Source of the DNA: Candidatus Berkelbacteria bacterium
GTDB taxonomy: Bacteria; Patescibacteriota; UBA1384; JACPKC01
Length of the DNA stretch: 64,000 bases
Direction: 5' to 3'
NCBI GenBank assembly: GCA_016187225.1
Contig: JACPKC010000002.1
Location: 3,387-67,386 of the forward strand
Positions 57,151 to 64,000 of this stretch are shown in pieces (within the stretch, counting starts at the first letter, position 1; the number at the start of each line of letters is the position of its first letter). The notes below the pieces were generated by a model that searched no databases, was not told the origin of the DNA, and saw only the letters and a program-made list of their open reading frames with translations. Both the position numbers and the translations under genes were made by a program.

Positions 57151-58103
57151 TTGCGCTCCAGCTGGAGCTGGGCGCGCACCCATTCGAGAGTCTGTTTCAG
57201 ACCTGTTTCGAGTTGCACTTCTGGTTGCCAGTTGAGGAGTTTTCGAACTTTGGCAATATCCGGTTTGCGGCGCTTAATATCGTCGGGACGCGCTGGGCCA
57301 TTCTCGATTAGAGACCGACTGCCTGAAAGTTTAATTACTGTTTCGGCAAATTCGCGCACTGAATGCTCGTCTGGATTGCCAAGATTAACAACTTCATTGC
57401 GTGTCAATTTAGCCTGATCGAGCATGCTCAATAATCCTCGAATCAAATCATCAACGTAGCACGCTGAACGTGTTTGACTGCCATCGCCATCAAGAACGAG
57501 AGGTTCATCCTTAAGAGCTCGAACCGCAAATTCACCGATCATTCGACCATCGTGAAGCGCCATTTTTGGCCCGTAAGTGTTAAAGATTCGCACCATGCGC
57601 ACATCCAACTCTGGAAATTCGTGGGCATAAGTTGTGATAATCGTCTCCCCAATTCGTTTGCCTTCTTTGTACGGCGCGTGCGCGCCCCGCGGATTTACAT
57701 TGCCCCAATAAGTTTCTTTTTGAGGGTGTTCAAGCGGCTCGCCGTAAATTTCTGATGTCGAAGTGTGCAACAATTTAGCGTCTTTTTGGAGGGCAAATTT
57801 GAGAACGTTGGGAATGCCTAAAGTATTGGTTTCGATCGTTTCAATTGGATGTTTAACGTAGTGAATCGGACTCGCAATGCAGGCAAGATTCCAGATATAA
57901 TCTATATCTTCTACGATCGTGAGAGGTATCCGAACATCGTGTTCAACGATGCTTAAAGGTTGGCCGTCAAACGAGGCGAGATTTTGACGTGAACCGACAC
58001 GGAAATTATCTAAAATAATTACGCGTTCTCCACGGGCAAGTAACGCACTCGCAAGGTTTGAACCCAAAAAACCCGCACCCCCGGTGATTAATGAGGTTGG
58101 CAT
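57147..58103 (-). CDS. uxs: UDP-glucuronate decarboxylase (UDP-xylose synthase) family
   Basis: TGGAGFLG, LAC.ASP.HY, STSEIYG, YWGNVNP, EGKR and RIFNTYGP motifs. Confidence 0.88.
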   Translation of the reverse strand: MPTSLITGGAGFLGSNLASALLARGERVIILDNFRVGSRQNLASFDGQPLSIVEHDVRIPLTIVEDIDYIWNLACIASPIHYVKHPIETIETNTLGIPNVLKFALQKDAKLLHTSTSEIYGEPLEHPQKETYWGNVNPRGAHAPYKEGKRIGETIITTYAHEFPELDVRMVRIFNTYGPKMALHDGRMIGEFAVRALKDEPLVLDGDGSQTRSACYVDDLIRGLLSMLDQAKLTRNEVVNLGNPDEHSVREFAETVIKLSGSRSLIENGPARPDDIKRRKPDIAKVRKLLNWQPEVQLETGLKQTLEWVRAQLQLERK

Positions 58104-58115
58104 GGTTTTATGTTA

Positions 58116-58667
58116 CTAGAACTTCAGCCAGCGCATCAAGCGATCGGTAAAAATTTCACCTCGAGTCATTTGCTCCGGTAGATGGTTGCGTAGTCGGGCG
58201 CGTAGTTCGACTGGTTCAACGTGGGCAAGATGAATGGTGCGCACCGGCAGAAATTTTAGGGTTGTTTCGAGATAAAGATGCGGATTGCCAGCTTTGGCTG
58301 TAATCCAAAATGATTTAAGTTGATCCCAATCATAAAATTTTTCACCTGCCTTAAAGCCGTGTTCGTCAATTGAATAACGTACCATGACCGGTTTTTGACG
58401 TGATTGCTGATAAAACACTACGGCGGCCAGTGCAACCACCAGCATCGCCGAATAATCTCGCATAAAATAAAAAACAATGATGAAAAACGCGGCTACCGCT
58501 AATAAACCAACAACCCATAGCCAGCTCTTTTCAAAATACACAAATTCGGGCGCTTCCCACGCAAGCCAACTTCCCTCTCTCTGGAGGGTACCTGAAAGCT
58601 CATCAACTGCGCCTGTTCCCTTTTTAGGCCTATGTTTTTTAGGCTTCACTGCACTCTTCCCTTCCAT
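58116..58667 (-). CDS. Conserved hypothetical two-TM protein with PH-like C-terminal domain
   Basis: W.APEF...EKS..W, two TM segments and Y.W..LKSFW, a pattern typical of CPR hypothetical proteins. Confidence 0.7.
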   Translation of the reverse strand: MEGKSAVKPKKHRPKKGTGAVDELSGTLQREGSWLAWEAPEFVYFEKSWLWVVGLLAVAAFFIIVFYFMRDYSAMLVVALAAVVFYQQSRQKPVMVRYSIDEHGFKAGEKFYDWDQLKSFWITAKAGNPHLYLETTLKFLPVRTIHLAHVEPVELRARLRNHLPEQMTRGEIFTDRLMRWLKF

Positions 58668-58730
58668 GATTATGCTAACAAAGGTAGCATGGACAGGCAA
58701 TATACTATCTGATACTTTGCTGGGTTGTTG

Positions 58731-58820
58731 GGAGAGGTGCGTGAGCGGTTGAAACGAGCGGTCTTGAAAACCGCCAGGGGTGCAAGCTCCTCGTGGGTTC
58801 GAATCCCACCCTCTCCGCCA
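58731..58820 (+). tRNA. tRNA-Ser (anticodon TGA)
   Basis: GGAGAGG/CCTCTCC acceptor stem, GCGGT-CTTGAAA-ACCGC anticodon arm, long variable arm, GTTCGAATC and encoded CCA. Confidence 0.97.
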
Positions 58821-58879
58821 ATAACCATTACACTTTTGAGAGAGCGTCTTTGGTTATTATTGATTAATACTGATCACCT

Positions 58880-59785
58880 ATGTATTACGATTCAGAACAT
58901 AGTATTGAAAATGTAGTTTACCTTGACGATCATCGAGTATTATCGAAACTTGTTGAAAAAGCACGAGAAACTGATGACTGGGAACCCTTGACTGATGAGA
59001 TAATGGCTAGTTCTCACAGGCGAGATGAAGCAGAGCTTGCGAAAGTGAGAGGTGTTATTGCCACGGCAATTCGTCACGACGAACTGAATAATTTCAGTGA
59101 TATCTCCGCTCGGAGGCAAAACCAATTGAAACCCCATGGGACCGAGCGAGAGGAGCTGGTCGGAAGAATCGTCCCCTTTTCTCATTCGACAGGTGAATAT
59201 TCCCAAGTCGCTCAAGTAATTGTTGGACCTTGGGGAGCAGAGCCAAGCGGAGACGTGATTGAAGCTCAATTACCGCCCCGTGAAATCGAGCCAATCCCAG
59301 AACTGGTGACTGACCTCTACGAAGTTATGGGACGAACATTCCCCGAAACTTTTCCTGACACCGCTGAAGGTTGGAGAAGGGCATACGATTTTCCTGAAGA
59401 GCAACCTGCCCGAATTATAGCCTTAGACGAATTAAGCAATTTCTTACAGGAGAGCCAGAATCAAAGATTAAAAACCGGTCAAGTAATTGTTCGCATTGCG
59501 GATCACTCGAATCCTAGAACTGTCAGTGTCATCGAGATGCCGATTAATCATCTAATGCTTGCGATTGGCGTTGCGTCAGACGCCGGCTCTCTTTATCAGG
59601 AGCTATACAATTGCCTTGCAGAATGTCCAGTTGATCGAGATTTGCATCGGTTTGCAATGCATTGGCGTAATAGTTCTCCCAATCACCCCAGGCGCCGTGC
59701 ATTTGAGCGAGAAATTAGGACTGGTGGGGCGATGCATGTGCTGGCATATTCTGTAAAAAAGAAATTAATCTCTAGCTTAATTTAA
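58880..59785 (+). CDS. Hypothetical protein
   Basis: A 301-aa ORF fills the space between the two tRNAs; no motif recognised. Confidence 0.6.
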   Translation: MYYDSEHSIENVVYLDDHRVLSKLVEKARETDDWEPLTDEIMASSHRRDEAELAKVRGVIATAIRHDELNNFSDISARRQNQLKPHGTEREELVGRIVPFSHSTGEYSQVAQVIVGPWGAEPSGDVIEAQLPPREIEPIPELVTDLYEVMGRTFPETFPDTAEGWRRAYDFPEEQPARIIALDELSNFLQESQNQRLKTGQVIVRIADHSNPRTVSVIEMPINHLMLAIGVASDAGSLYQELYNCLAECPVDRDLHRFAMHWRNSSPNHPRRRAFEREIRTGGAMHVLAYSVKKKLISSLI

Positions 59786-59789
59786 ATTT

Positions 59790-59879
59790 GGTGAGGTGCC
59801 GGAGTGGCCGAACGGGTTCGCTTGGAAAGCGAATGTGCGAGCAATCGTACCGTGGGTTCGAATCCCACCCTCACCGCCA
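59790..59879 (+). tRNA. tRNA-Ser (anticodon GGA)
   Basis: GGTGAGG/CCTCACC acceptor stem, TTCGC-TTGGAAA-GCGAA anticodon arm, long variable arm, T-loop and CCA. Confidence 0.97.
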
Positions 59880-59906
59880 GTAGAAACTTCACGATTTGAA
59901 AGGGTT

Positions 59907-59939
59907 GCTCCGCGCGGCCGCAAGGCGGCCGCGCGGAGC
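59907..59939. repeat. Perfect 15-bp GC-rich inverted repeat
   Basis: GCTCCGCGCGGCCGC-AAG-GCGGCCGCGCGGAGC. Confidence 0.9.
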
Positions 59940-60029
59940 GTTAGCGGAGGCGGGCGGCGGGGCGGGTCAATCCGTTTTCCGCTCGAAAAAAGTTCGCGCA
60001 AAGGGTATAATTTCACCGCCAGTTGGGAA

Positions 60030-60098
60030 AAGCCGAGCGTTCAGATGATTGTAAAAATTTCTAAAGCTCTCGGTGTTTCTGTTGAGGATTTACTAAAA
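60030..60098 (+). pseudogene. C-terminal remnant of an XRE/Cro-type HTH regulator
   Basis: [23 protein letters not shown] matches the final helices of HTH_3 proteins; the N-terminal half is absent. Confidence 0.65.
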
Positions 60099-60217
60099 TT
60101 AAGAAAGAATTTACCCCAAAGAAAAACTATGAAATCGTCTTTTCCGCCAGCCGAGCCCAGAGTGTTCCGTTCGGATATTCTCAAACAGACACCGCCAATG
60201 AATCAGCTAAAAATAAG

Positions 60218-61291
60218 ATGAAGCGTATCGAAAGTTTTCTGGCGACGATCGAAAAAGTTTTTGCCAATATGGACACACGTACTTTTTGGCCGCTAAATGG
60301 TGGTCAAATCGGCGCCTATTTTGAGGTTGCCGAAGCACTCGACATTTATAAACGATTAATGGCTTTACGGACTCGAAAAGATCTGGCGGCGATTGCTAAA
60401 CTCTTGCCGCCGCCGGATATCTTGCGCAACTTCATTGAGAATAATGGTTTGATCGGTTTAAAAGTTGCACACCAGTTAAAATTGGCTGATATTGACAGTC
60501 GGGCACGCACTGATTACTTACTTTTTCTCTTTGATCTGCTGGCCGAGAAGACCCAGAACGATATTTTTTGCCATGATGGCAAAAATCTGCTTTTGACACA
60601 GGGTGAAATTGATCATCTTCTCGCCACGATGCGCTGGCAAGTCGTTGAAAAAACATTGGAGCAGAAAACACTTGCTAATCTTATCATTACCGCTAGTCAA
60701 TTTGCCTACAGTCTCTACTATGATATTTACATGGTGGGCGGTTTTTATCTCCATGGACCATACGATGTTGCTCGGCGTTTTGGACGCAATGCCATCTTGA
60801 TCATTCGTGATTATCACAATCTCAAGCCACACTTACTCTGGCCCGAACTTCGACTCGATTTGAATTCACTGCGATTGTTTACGATTTATCGTGGCCTAGA
60901 TTTTAAGATTAACTTTGCCAATCATCCCGACTCCACGACTTCAGTTGCTGATAAGCTCATCGCCTACTACGCTGAACTTGACAGCCGACGCCTTAAGCAT
61001 GATGACATTCCGGCACTCACTGATAAGCTAGAGCAGTTAGCTACGATTCAGGCTCGAACGATCATGGCATGGTCGGATCATAAGAAAGTAAAAAAAGGCG
61101 CAGAGATTGCTTACTATCTCTTTCGAAATTTCAGAATTGCTACAGGTACCGATTGGTCGCCACCAATCGATGTTAAGCAGACGATCGACAGCTTTGGCGA
61201 TGAATTTATCAAACGTTTCCATTATTTTGAAGCGCCGCCCGGGCTAGCTCATTGGCGCAAAATATTTGACCCGAGGATTGATTATTATTAA
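60218..61291 (+). CDS. Hypothetical protein
   Basis: 357-aa ORF with a soluble composition; no family recognised. Confidence 0.75.
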   Translation: MKRIESFLATIEKVFANMDTRTFWPLNGGQIGAYFEVAEALDIYKRLMALRTRKDLAAIAKLLPPPDILRNFIENNGLIGLKVAHQLKLADIDSRARTDYLLFLFDLLAEKTQNDIFCHDGKNLLLTQGEIDHLLATMRWQVVEKTLEQKTLANLIITASQFAYSLYYDIYMVGGFYLHGPYDVARRFGRNAILIIRDYHNLKPHLLWPELRLDLNSLRLFTIYRGLDFKINFANHPDSTTSVADKLIAYYAELDSRRLKHDDIPALTDKLEQLATIQARTIMAWSDHKKVKKGAEIAYYLFRNFRIATGTDWSPPIDVKQTIDSFGDEFIKRFHYFEAPPGLAHWRKIFDPRIDYY

Positions 61292-61355
61292 ATAAACCCA
61301 CATCCGTATTATTGCCAGCCAGAACAGTCAAATGGCTTACGGTGACATTAGTCAA

Positions 61356-62444
61356 TTAACGCATGTACGTTACGAAGCCGCTCGATGGAAAAGTGTCTGG
61401 GCAGGCAGAGGTGTTGGCGAAATAAACCGCTAAAGAATCTCGGGTAAGGAGTTTAAAGTAGACGATGCCATCTTGATTAGCATAGCAATGCTCATTTGTT
61501 ACCTCGGTCGGGTCCTTAAAAGTTGGATTTGTTTTTCCGATTCGATAAAAATCTCGATCTTGAAGACCAACAATTCTAACTTCATCCGGAGAAGTAAAAG
61601 TTGAAATTCCTAAATATGCCTCACTGTTATAAAACGCCTCAACTGGTGACGAAAACCAACTGCCACTAATGGTGCCTATAATATCTTGGTTCAGCGATCC
61701 GCAATTTTGCGGTTTGTCTCCGTATGTTTCACCTTCAAATCGAAGCTTGGCATAATAACGTTCTTTTTTTGGGAAAAAGTCGTAAGGGCAAATCGCGTGC
61801 CGCAAGCGGAGATGGCTCATGAATCGTGCTGGATTGGCAAATGTATTCTCTTGTCGCAGATCATAGAGCCCAAAATCCCAGATATTGTTTGGATAATTAC
61901 CACTGGTGTATGCCACCACTTCGCCCGCGGCAATGTCAACGTTCGTTTTCAATTCAATTGATTTACTCTCGGCGCTAGGCGTGGCAGGAAATACCTTGCG
62001 TATAGCCTCAATCGGATCTGTGATGTGATCAAATTTAAGGAAGTAGTCGCAAGAGGCTTGAAAAATAAGCGCATACTCATCCTGGCCACTGGCATTGCGA
62101 AAATTACCCGAAATGAGCGTTAAGACAGTCGGCGCGTAGATGGCAATTTTTTTACTCGGATTCTCAAACGCTATGAAAGTATGGCTACGCAGTTCGCCAG
62201 AATTCACCGAGCCTAGAGGCGCAATGCCGTTTATTCGATCTAGTTCGGTAAAATCATAGGTAAATTGGAGTTGATCAATTTTTCTACAGTTATCTGTAGC
62301 TCTAAATTCTCCGAGTTTTTCTGTTTGGGAATTTATTTGCGTCAAAGGCGTCGTATCTTTAATGAAGGTGACTGCGACCGCGCCGGCAATCAAAAGAATG
62401 ATGATAATCGTTATCCAAAATATGCGTTTAATCCATCGAGTCAT
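61356..62444 (-). CDS. Membrane-anchored secreted protein, possibly M23-like/duplicated-hybrid fold
   Basis: N-terminal TM segment; IYAP...F.HI...AGEVVAY; several Cys. Confidence 0.7.
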   Translation of the reverse strand: MTRWIKRIFWITIIIILLIAGAVAVTFIKDTTPLTQINSQTEKLGEFRATDNCRKIDQLQFTYDFTELDRINGIAPLGSVNSGELRSHTFIAFENPSKKIAIYAPTVLTLISGNFRNASGQDEYALIFQASCDYFLKFDHITDPIEAIRKVFPATPSAESKSIELKTNVDIAAGEVVAYTSGNYPNNIWDFGLYDLRQENTFANPARFMSHLRLRHAICPYDFFPKKERYYAKLRFEGETYGDKPQNCGSLNQDIIGTISGSWFSSPVEAFYNSEAYLGISTFTSPDEVRIVGLQDRDFYRIGKTNPTFKDPTEVTNEHCYANQDGIVYFKLLTRDSLAVYFANTSACPDTFPSSGFVTYMR

Positions 62445-62472
62445 AACATTAGTTTACCATGCCTAACGGGCT

Positions 62473-62538
62473 GGGGATCGGTACGCCTGCGGCGATCCCG
62501 CCAAGTTGCTTCGTCGCCCTTGGCTCCTCGCGATGACG
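62473..62538. repeat. REP/RPE-like palindromic intergenic element
   Basis: GGGATCG...CGATCCC hairpin plus TTGCTTCGTCGC..CTCCTCGCGATGAC; a partial relative occurs at 43904-43929. Confidence 0.45.
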
Positions 62539-62578
62539 AAAGTGAGAAAGTCCTATATAGTAATAAAAAGGAGGCGCT

Positions 62579-63049
62579 ATGAAACCGATGTTACCACGGG
62601 ATAGATCAATTGCTTTTCCTAAAAGAATCGGTTGGCTGATACTTGTTCTATTAGTTTATTTCGATGCAATCTTTACCGTGATAATCGGCAAAGAAGGCAA
62701 TCCGCTTTGGCAAATTTTTACCAATCGTTATGGCATTTGGACAGATTTGATTGCTCCTATTCCTGTGTTATTAGCCCTTTACGTCGGCATTTTATTGCTC
62801 ACGCCAATTGTTAGAAGATTTGACCGCTATCCTAATTCGCATGAAGTCATATTGACCAATTTAATTATTGTCTACGCGATTTACGACCTTTACTTTATTT
62901 TGAATTTTGTCGGTTTTCCTCTGGCAGTTGATTTTTTTGCATCAAAAATCAAGTTGATTATCGCTCTGCTTGTGCCTGGCATTATTCCTTACAATATTTT
63001 TTTGGAGTATAGATTATTAAAACAAAAAAATTCCTCGAATAGTTTATGA
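62579..63049 (+). CDS. Hypothetical membrane protein (4 TM)
   Basis: AAAGGAGG RBS; D..T....EGNP.W motif. Confidence 0.75.
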   Translation: MKPMLPRDRSIAFPKRIGWLILVLLVYFDAIFTVIIGKEGNPLWQIFTNRYGIWTDLIAPIPVLLALYVGILLLTPIVRRFDRYPNSHEVILTNLIIVYAIYDLYFILNFVGFPLAVDFFASKIKLIIALLVPGIIPYNIFLEYRLLKQKNSSNSL

Positions 63050-63813
63050 AAATTTGGAAAGCAATTTTTGGGGGTATTGTAATAATAGGTGTGTTCGGTG
63101 TCGTTGGATTTCTAAAGTTTCAAGCAGGGGCAGATCTCGTCAATCCGCCTCAATTTATTCAAGCTGATTTTATTGATCTCGATAAAATTTACTCGATTTC
63201 CAAATTTCGTTCCGGCGCGGGGCATGATTTTTCAGGCAATGGCGAGAAATGCCGGAGCATGAAGCACTATTTCAATGTCCAAGATTCGTCGGAAAAATTT
63301 GCGGTCTGGGATAAAAACAATGGTTTGCCGCCTCCGCCGGTTGCTGGTTCGGCGATAGATATTTTCAGTCCGGTTGACGGCAAAATTGTTAAGGTCGAGG
63401 TGGAGCAGACGCCGATCGGCCAGCAAGTTTATATTTCGCCGGAAAAGGCGTCAGAGTTTACAGTGCGCTTATTCCATATTTATTTACTGCCGGAGATTAA
63501 AAAAGGTTCGCAAGTTAAAGCTGGTCAAAAAATTGGCGAAATTGGCAAATACCAGAATACTGATATTGCTATTTCCACTGGATTGATCGGTCGAACGTTT
63601 ATCTCTTACTTTCAAGCTTTGCCGGAGAACATTTTTGTAAAGTATCAAGCCCGCGGCGTAGTCAGTCGCAATGAGCTGATTATCACTAAGGAGCAACGTG
63701 ATGCCCAACCCCTGCAATGTAATGGTGAGCAGTTTGCCAAGAAATATGATTCAATTGCGCCGGAAGCAAACTATGTGTATTTAAGCGGCTGGCAAAATCC
63801 TGTTAGCTACTAG
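63046..63813 (+). CDS. Membrane-anchored secreted protein, possibly M23-like/duplicated-hybrid fold
   Basis: N-terminal TM segment; IFSPVDGKIV...LFHI...VKAGQKIG. Confidence 0.75.
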   Translation: MKIWKAIFGGIVIIGVFGVVGFLKFQAGADLVNPPQFIQADFIDLDKIYSISKFRSGAGHDFSGNGEKCRSMKHYFNVQDSSEKFAVWDKNNGLPPPPVAGSAIDIFSPVDGKIVKVEVEQTPIGQQVYISPEKASEFTVRLFHIYLLPEIKKGSQVKAGQKIGEIGKYQNTDIAISTGLIGRTFISYFQALPENIFVKYQARGVVSRNELIITKEQRDAQPLQCNGEQFAKKYDSIAPEANYVYLSGWQNPVSY

Positions 63814-63886
63814 GATTAGCGCCTTGTATTTAGGGTGAGTCTATGTTTTAATTTGCGCACTTATTTAGCCTAGGAGGTTTAAGAAA

Positions 63887-64000
63887 TTGGAAAAATTCGA
63901 TATCCGTGGGTTGCAGGTCAAGCTGGCGGAGCCAGAGATTTACTTTCACGACGAACGACTCGGAGGAGCACCCGACATCCTATGTGGCTTCCTGCGTGAT
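63887..64000 (+). CDS. Partial hypothetical protein (5' end)
   Basis: AGGAGG RBS and TTG start; the frame is open to the window edge. Confidence 0.5.
   Translation, partial: MEKFDIRGLQVKLAEPEIYFHDERLGGAPDILCGFLRD

Noticed and set aside
52595-58103. Arn (L-Ara4N) lipid A modification pathway
   Set aside because: No ArnB aminotransferase, formyltransferase domain or lipid A genes are present; the decarboxylase is a stand-alone UXS type.
58792-59872. attL/attR pair formed by the shared CGTGGGTTCGAATCCCACCCTC
   Set aside because: Both copies belong to complete tRNA-Ser genes with different anticodons, so ordinary paralogy explains them.
59796-60221. 141-aa ORF, and also ORFs 58725..58916 and 59777..60016
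   Set aside because: They read through tRNA genes and the GC hairpin; only the XRE fragment looks protein-derived.
1-64000. CRISPR array, rRNA genes or intact IS/integrase
   Set aside because: No repeat-spacer periodicity, rRNA-like tracts or transposase/integrase motifs were found by eye.

Overview
Bacterial chromosomal window whose gene content is typical of Patescibacteria (CPR); this taxonomy is inferred, not proven. From left to right: (1) 1-10.8 kb, a surface-appendage block. It holds the 5' part of a PilB/GspE ATPase (missed by the ORF track), seven tandem TrbC/VirB2-type pilin genes, a solute-binding lipoprotein, galU, Hsp20, ComF and a PAP2-like protein. (2) 10.8-14.2 kb, a large secreted protein with a putative wall-hydrolase domain, an S8 protease and four NBR1-type Ig-like repeats. 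(3) 14.3-58.1 kb, a ~44-kb surface-glycan locus. It includes a coherent phosphonate pathway (PepM-cytidylyltransferase fusion with a non-canonical catalytic loop, Ppd, Fe-ADH, second cytidylyltransferase, CDP-alcohol phosphotransferase), NeuA/NeuB, Wzx, two GT-C-like membrane proteins, many GT2/GT4 enzymes, six SAM methyltransferases, rmlD, gmd, ugd and uxs, with glyA-folD embedded. (4) Two tRNA-Ser genes followed by mobile-element debris and orphan secreted or membrane proteins. The main candidates for new biology are a 2-hydroxyethylphosphonate/nonulosonate-decorated surface glycan in a probable CPR cell, a GT-C-like enzyme carrying the same Ig-like domain as the secreted hydrolase, nucleotide-identical cassettes in pilins and Ig domains (these could be assembly artefacts), and dispersed heptamer-periodic arrays next to start codons. 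No rRNA, CRISPR array or intact transposase/integrase was seen.
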